Below, in pieces: positions 25,763-35,064 of a stretch of 40,349 nt of DNA. The notes under the pieces are model-generated. The model was not told the origin of the DNA. It ran no database searches and saw nothing but the letters and a program-made list of their open reading frames with translations. A program made the position numbers and the translations under genes. Within the stretch, counting starts at the first letter, position 1, and the number at the start of each line of letters is the position of its first letter. This DNA comes from a virus (Duplodnaviria; Caudoviricetes), in the IMG/VR virus record IMGVR_UViG_3300020043_004132, positions 1-40,349 of that record. One strand, given 5' to 3'.

Positions 25763-26197
25763 TCAATTTACAAACAAAATTCCTTTTGCTTTTGTCTTTT
25801 CGTTTATTTTGTCGATTTGTTCTTGATTGTTATCATAATGAATAGAAACTTTTTCTTTGATTATAAACGACCATTTATCACGTTGGTTTGTGTAAACGAT
25901 TTTATTGATACCAAGTTTCTTTGCAGTTGATTCAACGTCTGAATTGTCTTCGTTTGAATTTCTTGCGGTTATTATAATAACTTCAACACCTTTTGAAATT
26001 AAATCTTTTGCAAGTTCTTTTCCTTTGTCTGTTGAAAGTGTACCATCGTAATCAAATGAAACAATTTCTGTTGCAAGTTTGGTTTGACAAACCGCAAATC
26101 TTTGTGTTTCATCTGGAAATTCAGATTTCATTTGTTCGTCTGACATACAACGTGAAATGAAATTGTCTTCGCTTTCGTTTGTGTTACGAGTTGGCAT
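25763..26197 (-). CDS. HAD-superfamily hydrolase with short N-terminal Cys-containing domain
   Basis: SFDYDGTL motif I, IITAR motif II, HYDNN motif IV; N-terminal ESEDNFISRCM...QRFAVC. Confidence 0.75.
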   Translation of the reverse strand: MPTRNTNESEDNFISRCMSDEQMKSEFPDETQRFAVCQTKLATEIVSFDYDGTLSTDKGKELAKDLISKGVEVIIITARNSNEDNSDVESTAKKLGINKIVYTNQRDKWSFIIKEKVSIHYDNNQEQIDKINEKTKAKGILFVN

Positions 26198-26558
26198 ATA
26201 ACTTATTTAAATCACGAATGATTGCTTTGTGAATGTTTGAACACGATTCGCAAACTTCGATTGTTATTCCGAAATATTCTTTGTATAATTCATTTAAAAA
26301 CGGAACGTGATTTGTAATATCTGTAATTCGATTTTCTAAAACACGATTTCCGCATTCAGACAAGAACACTTCAAATTGTGCTTTGTGTTCATCTGTCATT
26401 GTTTTTTTTACTCGCTTGAATGGAAATATTCTATTCAATAAAAATTTACGTTCATCACAATCTTCGCATTCGCCTACGATTGCTTTGATTCCAGTTGCAG
26501 TTGTAACTTGCTCGACTATGTCCCCAAGTCCTTCGATTTTTTTTCTACGCTTTGCCAT
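26184..26558 (-). CDS. Conserved protein with two CxxC pairs (putative Zn-binding)
   Basis: GLGDIVEQVTTATGIK, CEDC, CESC. Confidence 0.7.
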   Translation of the reverse strand: MAKRRKKIEGLGDIVEQVTTATGIKAIVGECEDCDERKFLLNRIFPFKRVKKTMTDEHKAQFEVFLSECGNRVLENRITDITNHVPFLNELYKEYFGITIEVCESCSNIHKAIIRDLNKLYANS

Positions 26559-26995
26559 AATTTGTTTTTTATTTTTTTTGTTGTGTTGTGTATTGTTTGA
26601 ATATGGATTCCAGTTTGACGTGAAAGTTCACGTTGTCCAAATTCTGTTGTTAAATCAATTATTTGTTTTTCGTACCAGGATAATTTCTGACGTTCTTTTT
26701 CTAAAATTGAAAGTATTTCGTCTTTTTGTTTGTCGTAATCTTCAGCAAATATTTCGATGTTTGAAAAGTCATCAATCAAAATGGTTTCTTTTTCTTTTTT
26801 GATTTCGTTATAAAACTGATTTCGCATAATGAAGTAGATATAACATTCATTTATTTGGTCGATTGTTTTCCCCGAATTATAGATTCGAATATACATATCC
26901 TGGACCAAGTCTTTTGAACGTTCTGGATTCTTGCAAATTTTGTTTGCAAGTTTGATCCATTCGTTATGTCGTTTTGCTAATATATCGAGAATCAT
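26516..26995 (-). CDS. ECF-type RNA polymerase sigma-factor-like protein
   Basis: Region 2-like SKDLVQDMYIRI...RNQFYN; region 4 HTH GQRELSRQTGIHIQTIHNT. Confidence 0.8.
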   Translation of the reverse strand: MILDILAKRHNEWIKLANKICKNPERSKDLVQDMYIRIYNSGKTIDQINECYIYFIMRNQFYNEIKKEKETILIDDFSNIEIFAEDYDKQKDEILSILEKERQKLSWYEKQIIDLTTEFGQRELSRQTGIHIQTIHNTTKKIKNKLWQSVEKKSKDLGT

Positions 26996-27185
26996 AAAAT
27001 TGTTTTAATTTAAGTCTATGCCATTTTGTTTTCTTGCCAGTGTTATGATTCAATATTGTATCAATTGCATCGATTGCTTTGTATGAAATACCTTCTTCGG
27101 TTGCAACAAATTCAAGTTTCAATCCTTCTATTTCAAAAATCTTTTGATTGACTGATCCGTCTTCGTTGATAATACTACTATTCAT
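26964..27185 (-). CDS. Hypothetical protein
   Basis: 73 aa ORF in operon. Confidence 0.65.
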   Translation of the reverse strand: MNSSIINEDGSVNQKIFEIEGLKLEFVATEEGISYKAIDAIDTILNHNTGKKTKWHRLKLKQFYDSRYISKTT

Positions 27186-27414
27186 ATAACACTAAAACTT
27201 TGAATTGTTCGTTTTCTAATTGTTTGATTCTATGCTTTTGAAGTTCAGATAGTTTTCCGCCTGGTCGTTTGACTTCAATGAAAATTGTTTCGTTATTTTT
27301 AAGACACATCAAATCTGGAATGCCGTTTGTATTTGTTTTGATAAGTTTGACAACAATCCAGCCGTCGTCTTTATACCTCTGAATTATTTTCTTCTGTATG
27401 TTTGATTCTAACAT
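27178..27414 (-). CDS. VRR-NUC domain nuclease (resolvase-like)
   Basis: E..IQ, GIPDL, FIEVK and LSELQ PD-(D/E)XK motifs. Confidence 0.9.
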   Translation of the reverse strand: MLESNIQKKIIQRYKDDGWIVVKLIKTNTNGIPDLMCLKNNETIFIEVKRPGGKLSELQKHRIKQLENEQFKVLVLYE

Positions 27415-27625
27415 TTAAAATTTTGTTTGTGTAATGTTCCAAAATGAATTTGTTCACTTGTTGCCAGTACGTTTTCTTTTTGATTGAGCAATTTTTTAGA
27501 ATTTCGTTGATGAAAATTTTGCAAGAAAAGAACGCAATGTCTTCAAGCATTTTATTGACGTCTTCGTTTGCGGTTTCAAATTTGAATTGATTGTAAATTT
27601 TAATTGCTTTGTTTTGTGGTGTCAT
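27371..27625 (-). CDS. Hypothetical protein (MTP..KA...YWQQV family)
   Basis: 84 aa; similar to 28532-28762. Confidence 0.65.
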   Translation of the reverse strand: MTPQNKAIKIYNQFKFETANEDVNKMLEDIAFFSCKIFINEILKNCSIKKKTYWQQVNKFILEHYTNKILNVRIKHTEENNSEV

Positions 27626-27858
27626 TATAATTGTTTTTTATAGATTATTTTTTCACTTATTGTTTTACAAAAAAATTTTTTTTTGTCAATTCTTTTAATT
27701 TTAACAAATTTAATTTCAAAACCTATTTTTTTTGATTGACAAGTTTTATAATCAAAATGATAAATATATCTTTGAATTAACAATACATTGAATTGTCTTA
27801 AAATAGGATTCAAAATATATTGAAAAAATGATATTATTATTTCTAAAACTTTTATCAT
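27625..27858 (-). CDS. Hypothetical protein
   Basis: 77 aa, very AT-rich, coupled to neighbours. Confidence 0.5.
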   Translation of the reverse strand: MIKVLEIIISFFQYILNPILRQFNVLLIQRYIYHFDYKTCQSKKIGFEIKFVKIKRIDKKKFFCKTISEKIIYKKQL

Positions 27859-27861
27859 AAT

Positions 27862-28329
27862 TTAAGACATTAAAGGTTTTGCTTGTTCGATTAAATCTTT
27901 GAAATTTTCAAAAAATAAATCCCTTGTTTCTTTGTCTTGAAATGAAAGAAAATTATTTTGACTATAATAATAGTCTTTATTTATTTCATTTGCATATAAT
28001 TCAATACAAAATTTATATTTATCATCAAGCCAATCTGGAACCCAACCATTGCGATACACTTCACGAAGTTGTGAAAGTTGTGCAAGTGCGATTGATGCTT
28101 TTGCTTGTTCTTCAGTTGCAAAAATGTTTTTGTTTTCTTCTTTGCAACTATTTTCTTTTGTTTCTAAAACATTTGAATTGTAATTTACATAAAAGCCGTC
28201 AAATGAAATAAAGTCTTCCCAAGTTTTTGGAAGTTGTTTTTTAATTTCTTTGAACACGATTTGTTCAAATGTTGAATTGTCTTTGTCAATTTCAAATCCG
28301 TTTGGGATTTCGATTTTTAATGTTTTCAT
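27862..28329 (-). CDS. Hypothetical phage protein
   Basis: 155 aa; ALAQLSQLR...GWVPDW. Confidence 0.75.
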   Translation of the reverse strand: MKTLKIEIPNGFEIDKDNSTFEQIVFKEIKKQLPKTWEDFISFDGFYVNYNSNVLETKENSCKEENKNIFATEEQAKASIALAQLSQLREVYRNGWVPDWLDDKYKFCIELYANEINKDYYYSQNNFLSFQDKETRDLFFENFKDLIEQAKPLMS

Positions 28330-28340
28330 TTTAATTGTTT

Positions 28341-28514
28341 TTAATAAATTACGTTAAATTTTTCATAAAGAAATTGTTGCAAAGTTGATAATGATTCAAA
28401 CACATAAATCGGTTCTTTTTGTGGTGAATTTAAATTTATAAGATTATCATTTGTATAAACGATATATCCGTTTTTTGCTTTTTCAATTCTTAAATTGTGA
28501 ATAATTGGTTCCAT
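28341..28514 (-). CDS. Small hypothetical protein, 57 aa (not in ORF track)
   Basis: MEPIIHNLRIEKAKNGYIV...; A-rich leader. Confidence 0.6.
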   Translation of the reverse strand: MEPIIHNLRIEKAKNGYIVYTNDNLINLNSPQKEPIYVFESLSTLQQFLYEKFNVIY

Positions 28515-28531
28515 TTTTAATTGTTTTTAAT

Positions 28532-28762
28532 TTATAAATTTTCAACTTCTTGTTTAACTTCTTGCCAATACATATATTCAGATTCATTTTTATGTGGTGT
28601 ACATAAAACTTTCAATATATCATCTACTTCTATCAATGCACATTTTTTTGCCAAACCTTTGTTTAATGCACTAATAAACCAAACTCCGTTTTCATCTGTT
28701 GCGCTTTGATGCAATAAAAAAAAATTATCATATAATTCAATCGCTTTTTCTTTTGGTGTCAT
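28532..28762 (-). CDS. Hypothetical protein (MTPKEKAIEL...YWQEVK family)
   Basis: 76 aa ORF coupled to the helicase stop. Confidence 0.7.
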   Translation of the reverse strand: MTPKEKAIELYDNFFLLHQSATDENGVWFISALNKGLAKKCALIEVDDILKVLCTPHKNESEYMYWQEVKQEVENL

Positions 28763-29967
28763 AATTCTGTTTTAATAAAATGATTCAATGTATAATCTTT
28801 TTTTGCAATGACTTGTTTATAAATCTGACGTTCAATTCCTTTGTCTGAAAATATCCAATAAATGTCATTCGTTTTGCGTTCCATTGTTGTAAGTCGGTCC
28901 CTACTTTGCCAATATGATAACGCACTAAAATCAATATTGTAATAAATCAAAACGTCTGCGTTTTTTAAACTGATTCCCTCACGACCAGAAACGATTTGCA
29001 AAGCAATATGTTTGTCGGTTGAATTGAACACGTTCAAATCCGTTGTAATTGTTTCACCAAAAACAGATTTGATTGCGTTCAATTCTTGTTGGAATTTATA
29101 AAATATACCAATTTTTTGACCTTCAAACTTTTCTTTTATGAATTGTGCTTTTGAATCGTCAATGACTTTTCCGTTTCCAGATTCAAAGATAATAGTTCCA
29201 GAAGACAATTGATGAATTTTTTGCATTAACTTTACTTTTGTGTCTGCAACAATTTCTTCGTCTTTGCCAATTACAATCAAATCACGTTTAAGTTTATTAA
29301 TTATGTTGTATGTACTATCTTTTAAGGTACAAATAAGAACGTTTTCGTTTACTTTGGTTGAAAAACCAGCATCATTTTGTGTAAATTTAATAAAATATTT
29401 TGATACACAAGCATTTATGTCAGAAAATTTTGCATCTGAATAATCTTTGACTATGTAACCGAAGTTTTTTTCTTTGACATTTACGAAATCTTTTGCCCAA
29501 GAATAGAAGTTTTTATATTGTGCAAATGGTGATTTGTCAGAAACCCAAAATTGATGAAACAATTGCGAATAAGATTCTGGCGAAGGTGTTCCAGACAAAA
29601 AAATCATTGGCAAATGTGAAAAATTTTTCTTTATGAATTTCGCTGAAAGATTCGGTTTTGGAAAAGTTCCGTTTCTATGATGTTCGTCAGATATAATCAA
29701 ATCGAATTTGCCTTCGATTTTATGCAACGATTCATTGTTTATGACAACAAGTTCGTAATTGTAATTTAATGCGCTGAAATCGTCTAAAATTGATTGAATA
29801 GCCTTTTTCTTTGTAATAAACAAAACACGCTTATAATCTTTTGCAATTGTCAAAGCGGTTGCGGTTTTTCCAGTTCGAACTTCCATCGCCAGGTAAACAA
29901 TTCCGAATTGCTTCAGAATCAATTTTCCTTTAATGACGATGTCGTTTTGATAATCACGTAAAATCAT
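28759..29967 (-). CDS. Superfamily 2 (SNF2-like) helicase (start reassigned to MILRDYQ)
   Basis: LRDYQ Q-motif, RTGKT, DEHH, LSGTP, GREGISL, QSRDR. Confidence 0.9.
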   Translation of the reverse strand: MILRDYQNDIVIKGKLILKQFGIVYLAMEVRTGKTATALTIAKDYKRVLFITKKKAIQSILDDFSALNYNYELVVINNESLHKIEGKFDLIISDEHHRNGTFPKPNLSAKFIKKNFSHLPMIFLSGTPSPESYSQLFHQFWVSDKSPFAQYKNFYSWAKDFVNVKEKNFGYIVKDYSDAKFSDINACVSKYFIKFTQNDAGFSTKVNENVLICTLKDSTYNIINKLKRDLIVIGKDEEIVADTKVKLMQKIHQLSSGTIIFESGNGKVIDDSKAQFIKEKFEGQKIGIFYKFQQELNAIKSVFGETITTDLNVFNSTDKHIALQIVSGREGISLKNADVLIYYNIDFSALSYWQSRDRLTTMERKTNDIYWIFSDKGIERQIYKQVIAKKDYTLNHFIKTEL

Positions 29968-29968
29968 A

Positions 29969-30613
29969 TTAAAATAATTTAGTTTGATTTGTGTGGTTTT
30001 TAATTCTTTGAATCGCTTTTTCGTAATATTCTGAATCAAGTTCACAAGCGGTCAATTCAAATCCGTAATCGTGGCACGCTATTGCAATACTTCCAGAACC
30101 AAGATGTGTGTCAAGAATTTTGTCGCCTGGCTTTGCGTATTTGTCAAGAATCCATTTATATAATGCAACTGGCTTTTGTGTTGGGTGTATTCTTATTTCT
30201 TTGTTTTTCATATCGCCTTGAAGCATTCCATTCCAAGTAAATTCAAATATTTGTACGCTTTTATGTGTTGAGCAAATAGCAATTTCACCCTCCCCAAATG
30301 CGGTTCCGTTTTTATTCCAAACAATAACACCTCCGCAAAGACCTAAAAAATTTCCGCCCCAAATAATTTGATTTTTTGAAATTCTTTCAAGTTCTAAATA
30401 ATATTTATTATCTGGAGCAATATTTTCAAATAAATGATAACCTTTTCTTTTTGTTGCTTGTTTGTTTTGTTTTTTGTTATCTGTTAAGCCAATTGCATCA
30501 ATATTTCCGTAAGGCGGATCAACAATTGCCAAGTCAAAGTGATTATCTGGAAATCTTGCCATCAATAACATATTATCTTCGTTTGTTATTGTGATTTTGT
30601 CTGTTACATTCAT
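29969..30613 (-). CDS. Orphan DNA amino-methyltransferase (N6A/N4C, beta class)
   Basis: DPPY, HPTQKP, DTHLGSGS. Confidence 0.93.
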   Translation of the reverse strand: MNVTDKITITNEDNMLLMARFPDNHFDLAIVDPPYGNIDAIGLTDNKKQNKQATKRKGYHLFENIAPDNKYYLELERISKNQIIWGGNFLGLCGGVIVWNKNGTAFGEGEIAICSTHKSVQIFEFTWNGMLQGDMKNKEIRIHPTQKPVALYKWILDKYAKPGDKILDTHLGSGSIAIACHDYGFELTACELDSEYYEKAIQRIKNHTNQTKLF

Positions 30614-30726
30614 TTGTTAAATTTTGATTTTAAAATGTTATAATATACACGATTTACTGATTCTTTGTTGTTTCCTCGATTGTAATTGAAAAGCATAATT
30701 CGTTTAATTCTTTGCAATGGTGTCAT
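30610..30726 (-). CDS. Small basic protein, 38 aa (not in ORF track)
   Basis: MTPLQRIKRIMLFNYNRGNNKESVNRVY...; ATGA overlap with the MTase start. Confidence 0.5.
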   Translation of the reverse strand: MTPLQRIKRIMLFNYNRGNNKESVNRVYYNILKSKFNK

Positions 30727-30729
30727 ATC

Positions 30730-30915
30730 TTATTTTTTATATTTTATTGTTGTTTTGTCAATTAAAAATCTAACTTTAAATCTTCCTAATGCATCATTTT
30801 TTATAGTTTGTTTGCAATTTTCACCAAGTTTGTTTTTAAAATCAATAGCGTTTTTTTCACTATAAAAAACTTTTGTTGCATATTTTTGTGGAAATTTACA
30901 TCTATTACTTTGCAT
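30730..30915 (-). CDS. Hypothetical protein
   Basis: 61 aa ORF. Confidence 0.55.
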   Translation of the reverse strand: MQSNRCKFPQKYATKVFYSEKNAIDFKNKLGENCKQTIKNDALGRFKVRFLIDKTTIKYKK

Positions 30916-30934
30916 ATCTTATTTGTTTAATTAT

Positions 30935-31135
30935 TTATAAAAAATCAATACTTCTTATTTTTGCACGTGTGAAATCGTCTTTGAAAATATCGATTGCATT
31001 TTTGATGTCAATTGCTTGAATTGTGATTTCGTAATCTTGACATTCGTCATTCTTTTCAACCCAGTAATAAAATTTAAATTGTTTCATTTGTTTTGTGTTT
31101 TCGTTAGTTTCTAAAATCTCATCGAAATATGTCAT
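30935..31135 (-). CDS. Hypothetical protein
   Basis: 66 aa ORF. Confidence 0.6.
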   Translation of the reverse strand: MTYFDEILETNENTKQMKQFKFYYWVEKNDECQDYEITIQAIDIKNAIDIFKDDFTRAKIRSIDFL

Positions 31136-31137
31136 AA

Positions 31138-33498
31138 TTAAAATGGTATTTCATTATTGATTTCACTATCTGTTTTGATATAAAAATATCTTCCGACGTG
31201 GTCTTTGTCTTTTTCTAATTCGTAATTCTTGAATTTGCAATATTCGTGAATCCATTTTAAGAACGTTTTAGAGGTCATTAAATTGTAATTCTTATATTCA
31301 GACGTAAACTTTGAAATAATGTCTGTATTGTAAATTCTGACGTTTTCAAGAAGGTTTCCGTCTTCAATCCAGTCGTAAAAATCTTTGTTTGTACTTTGAA
31401 TGAATCTTTTTATGTCTGCATTAATTGAAATTGATTCAATCAATCCGTTTTTCAAAAACTTTTGTAAATTCTGAATCATATAATTGTCAAACAAAATCCA
31501 GTCTTCAGATTGCCAGGAATCAAAAAGCAAACGACCATATTCAGTCAATGGATTTCTTTTGCCGTTGAAGTACTGAAAAAATTCAATTTCGTGTCTTCGT
31601 CTGTCGTGTGAAGTTCCACTTCCATTTATTACATAATTTGTTGTAATTATAATTTTTGGCGAGCGGTCGAACGGGACAAATATTTCGTCTTTGTTTTTTC
31701 TGTTGATTGTTATTCCTTCAGTAATTATTGAAAATAATTGTTCAAATTCAAAGTTCTTTTTTACGTCATCAAATGCCAATACTTGCGTATCAATTGAAAC
31801 ACGTTGATAAATGAAATCACTTTTCTTTGTGTCAAATGATTTTCCGTCAATCTTTACAACTTTTTTAAAATTAGACAAAGCGGAAATCATTAAACTTTTT
31901 CCAGAACCCCCGTTCGGATTGTCGTCAATTTCCTGGTCGTTTATTATTATTGCCTTTTGGTCCGTCTTGTCTTTGTATGAATGAATTAAATATCCAAGTG
32001 TGTGTTCTAATGCGTTGATTCTTGTTTCGTCTTTTGCTGAAACTTTTGAAACCATATCTTTAAAGTCGTTTTCAACGTTGTCAGATTTTACAAAGTTTCT
32101 ATTTATGATTTGATTTTCCCAAATATAACCATCGACATCGATAAAATCAATCAATTCAACTTTTGATTTTGTGATTCTAACAACACCATTCAAAAACGGA
32201 ATGAATGCTTCAGACTTTGAATCCTTAATCATTTTTAATTCGATTGATTCCAACATCGTCAAATAATAATCACTAAACATTTGACTTGATTTTGAACAAA
32301 AATTGAAGACTTCAATTTCGTTTCGGTCCAGTAAGTGTTGCAACACAATATCTTTGATTATATCTGTACTCGATTGATTTACTTTGTTTGATTTAATATG
32401 TACGAATGTAGGTTGATTTGAACTTTCTGGGTAATACTTTTTAAAACCTTTTCTTTCAAGCCAATATTTGTATTTCAATGAATCAATCTTTACAGAAATA
32501 TTTCCTTTTTTGTCTTCATACTTTTGCCAGAAATCCTCGTCTTCGTTTATTTCGTTTATTTCATCAATTATTTTTTCGTCGATTTTTAAAAAATTTGCGA
32601 TTTCTGTCTTTGGCATTCCTTTTGACAAATTGTTTTTTATTCTGTCAATTTTATTTTGGTCTTCAAAATACTTTGATGAAGGTGTTGCACGTTTATACGC
32701 ACTTTGAAACAAAGTTGTCAATTCAAATTCTGAAAAATTACCATAAACAACGTTGTTTTGAACGTAGCCAATAGCATAATCGAATTGAACACCAAATTCA
32801 CAAAGCGCCATTGCAAGAATGAAAAGATTGTTGTTTCTTTCGCCTTCTTTAAATCCGTATTTTGAATCCCACCATTTCAACAAACGTCGAATGATTTCGT
32901 CTTCGTCTTGCAAAGGCAATAAAGGTTTCTTTTCATAAACTGAAAATCCTTCGTCTTCGTTTAATTTGTCCCAAATAGTTGCGTTTTCATTTATGTAAAC
33001 GTCTGGATCATAACTTTCAAAACAAACACGTGAAACGTTTGAATTTTTAAAGTCAAAATAATCTGAATTAAAATATTCGCCAAATGCTTTAAAGTATCTT
33101 TTATGATTTTCTTTGTCGCATTTTGGAATCCGAATCAATGCTTTCAATCCGTTTCCGCTCGGTGATTCGAAAACTGAAAAAACATATTCGCATTTCATTA
33201 ATCTTTTACGTTCTTTTTCTTTTTTGTCTTCAGATTCATATTTGTCAAAGTCAAGAATGCAAAGTCCAGAATGTTCAATCAATGCGTTGTCGTTTCTTGT
33301 TGAAAAAGTTCCATTGAATAGAATTGAAATCAATGAATTTTTTAATTGTTTCTTTTCTTCGCATTCTGGCATTGTTCGAATCTGTAAAATCTTATCTTTT
33401 GACGCACCATTTTTGATGCGGTCCAGAACTTTGATAATATCCAAGTCAAACGGAACGTCATCTGTTTTGTAGAGTGATTTAAAAACTGATATTTTCAT
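31138..33498 (-). CDS. Primase-helicase (VirE N-terminal/BT4734-like primase, PriCT-like domain, SF3-type helicase)
   Basis: HSGLCILDFD, SPSGNGLK, EGERNNNLF, GGSGKS Walker A, AFDD Walker B, ITTN...RR. Confidence 0.9.
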   Translation of the reverse strand: MKISVFKSLYKTDDVPFDLDIIKVLDRIKNGASKDKILQIRTMPECEEKKQLKNSLISILFNGTFSTRNDNALIEHSGLCILDFDKYESEDKKEKERKRLMKCEYVFSVFESPSGNGLKALIRIPKCDKENHKRYFKAFGEYFNSDYFDFKNSNVSRVCFESYDPDVYINENATIWDKLNEDEGFSVYEKKPLLPLQDEDEIIRRLLKWWDSKYGFKEGERNNNLFILAMALCEFGVQFDYAIGYVQNNVVYGNFSEFELTTLFQSAYKRATPSSKYFEDQNKIDRIKNNLSKGMPKTEIANFLKIDEKIIDEINEINEDEDFWQKYEDKKGNISVKIDSLKYKYWLERKGFKKYYPESSNQPTFVHIKSNKVNQSSTDIIKDIVLQHLLDRNEIEVFNFCSKSSQMFSDYYLTMLESIELKMIKDSKSEAFIPFLNGVVRITKSKVELIDFIDVDGYIWENQIINRNFVKSDNVENDFKDMVSKVSAKDETRINALEHTLGYLIHSYKDKTDQKAIIINDQEIDDNPNGGSGKSLMISALSNFKKVVKIDGKSFDTKKSDFIYQRVSIDTQVLAFDDVKKNFEFEQLFSIITEGITINRKNKDEIFVPFDRSPKIIITTNYVINGSGTSHDRRRHEIEFFQYFNGKRNPLTEYGRLLFDSWQSEDWILFDNYMIQNLQKFLKNGLIESISINADIKRFIQSTNKDFYDWIEDGNLLENVRIYNTDIISKFTSEYKNYNLMTSKTFLKWIHEYCKFKNYELEKDKDHVGRYFYIKTDSEINNEIPF

Positions 33499-33512
33499 TT
33501 TAATTGTTTTTT

Positions 33513-33601
33513 AATTAGACGCAAAGACGCAAAAAAGTCAAAAAAATTTGTGTCGTGTCGTTTTATTTTCGTTGTGGTTCATTAATAAGGATTTTGCGTC
33601 A
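33513..33601. repeat. Second iteron element upstream of primase-helicase
   Basis: AATTAGACGCAAAGACGCAAAA (33513-33534) identical to 24125-24146; inverted TTTGCGTC at 33593-33600. Confidence 0.8.
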
Positions 33602-33850
33602 TTGTGTTACACGTTGGAATGCTTTGTCAATTTTATTGTTGTCGTGCAAATATACATTTTTGACTTTTAAAAGCCATTCATAAAATTCAGACATTTGCTG
33701 AATGTCAGATTTTTTCTTTGATTGATTTGAGATATTTGATTTCATTGTCGATTTCTGTTTTAAGTGTTGGAATGAATGTTGTCGGTATTTTTCCGAACTG
33801 AAAAAAGATTGCGTTGTATATTGTTGTTGTTCTTTTTCCAATTTTTTCAA
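33599..33850 (-). CDS. Hypothetical protein (true start probably internal)
   Basis: C-terminal FYEWLLKVKN; overlaps the upstream ORF. Confidence 0.45.
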   Translation of the reverse strand: MKKLEKEQQQYTTQSFFSSEKYRQHSFQHLKQKSTMKSNISNQSKKKSDIQQMSEFYEWLLKVKNVYLHDNNKIDKAFQRVTQ

Positions 33851-33902
33851 TTGCTCGATTTCGTATGTGCGACGGAATCGATTTGTAAGTTTCTGGCTTC
33901 AT
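33705..33902 (-). CDS. Hypothetical protein
   Basis: 65 aa, coupled start. Confidence 0.6.
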   Translation of the reverse strand: MKPETYKSIPSHIRNRAIEKIGKRTTTIYNAIFFQFGKIPTTFIPTLKTEIDNEIKYLKSIKEKI

Positions 33903-34384
33903 TAAAATTTTAGTTTTGAATTAATATTGTAAAAATTTACAAGTTTATCATAAATGAATTGATTGTCATTTGCTAATTTAAAAAGTTTTGTCCAGATATG
34001 ATTGTCAAATAAATTTATTTTTTGTTTCAATTCATCGTTTTCAAGTTTCAATTCGTCAATTTTATTTTGATATTCTAAAAATTTAAAATCAAATCCTTCA
34101 TTCAATAGTTTTAATTTATTTTCTATTCGTCGAATATGTGGCAAATGATTTATAATTTCGTAAACTTTCAATAAATGTGATATTGAACAATGTTTCATAT
34201 TTATTGTGTCGCCAATATTTTGCAAAGTAAAATTTTGTTGTCTTAAAATATTACAAAAAATTGCTTTTATTTCTACAATTTCACGTCTTCGTGATGGTTT
34301 ACTTATATCAATACCAGTGATTGTTGCGATGTCTTTTAAAAGTTTTATGTTTTCCATAATTTTAAAAACGATTGACCTATACAT
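33902..34384 (-). CDS. DnaA C-terminal-like HTH DNA-binding protein
   Basis: SRRREIVEIKAIFCNILRQQNFTLQNIGDTINMKHCSISH resembles DnaA domain IV. Confidence 0.65.
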   Translation of the reverse strand: MYRSIVFKIMENIKLLKDIATITGIDISKPSRRREIVEIKAIFCNILRQQNFTLQNIGDTINMKHCSISHLLKVYEIINHLPHIRRIENKLKLLNEGFDFKFLEYQNKIDELKLENDELKQKINLFDNHIWTKLFKLANDNQFIYDKLVNFYNINSKLKF

Positions 34385-34403
34385 CGTGAGGTGATTTCAT
34401 TAA

Positions 34404-35060
34404 TTAAAAAATGTCCTCAACTGAAACTTCTTCGTCTTCAATTACTTCAATTGATTTTGCCAAATATGAATCAATGTATTTTCTCAATTCATTGTAAGCA
34501 TTATCGGCTTGAATTGCTTGGTCCGCTGACAAAGTATGTGCGAACTTAAATTCTGGAATCGAATATTCGACTTTTCCTTTTTTCAATTCAATTGCGTTTG
34601 AAACTTGAATCCATTCATCTGATAATCGTGAACGTGATTTTTGTGTGAAATCGCCCCAAGATTGAACCGAACTTCCTTTGATGTTCACGTTTGCAATTTC
34701 GCCAGATTCTAACATAATGTAAATCGATTTCGTGTAATGACCGCCCATTGCAACAATAGTTTCTTTGATGTCTTTATAGATACCTTTTACCGATTGATTG
34801 CCTTTGAAAAGTCTGACATTGATTTCGTCATTACCGATTGATTTCACTTCGTTAGAATAAACGCCAGATTGATTTTTGTCGTTCCACCCTTTGATTGTGT
34901 GAAATTCCATAAGTGTCAAAAACTTAAACGGCAATTCAATTTTTACATTTTCTTTTTTTTCTTTGTCATAATATGCAAAGGTTTTGTCGTCTGATTTCCA
35001 TTCAAAATAATACTTTGTAGGATTTGAACTTTGTGTCTGAAATTCTGCTTGTCTGCTCAT
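34404..35060 (-). CDS. Putative ssDNA-binding protein (native allele)
   Basis: Beta-rich core with acidic C-terminal tail ending in Phe (EDEEVSVEDIF); upstream of replication genes. Confidence 0.6.
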   Translation of the reverse strand: MSRQAEFQTQSSNPTKYYFEWKSDDKTFAYYDKEKKENVKIELPFKFLTLMEFHTIKGWNDKNQSGVYSNEVKSIGNDEINVRLFKGNQSVKGIYKDIKETIVAMGGHYTKSIYIMLESGEIANVNIKGSSVQSWGDFTQKSRSRLSDEWIQVSNAIELKKGKVEYSIPEFKFAHTLSADQAIQADNAYNELRKYIDSYLAKSIEVIEDEEVSVEDIF

Positions 35061-35064
35061 TTGA

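Noticed and set aside
29969-30613. Restriction-modification system
   Set aside because: No adjacent restriction endonuclease; an orphan protective methyltransferase is ordinary in phages.
5945-34405. Invertible segment or giant transposon bounded by the inverted repeats
   Set aside because: No invertase, transposase or integrase is present, and the boundaries truncate genes.
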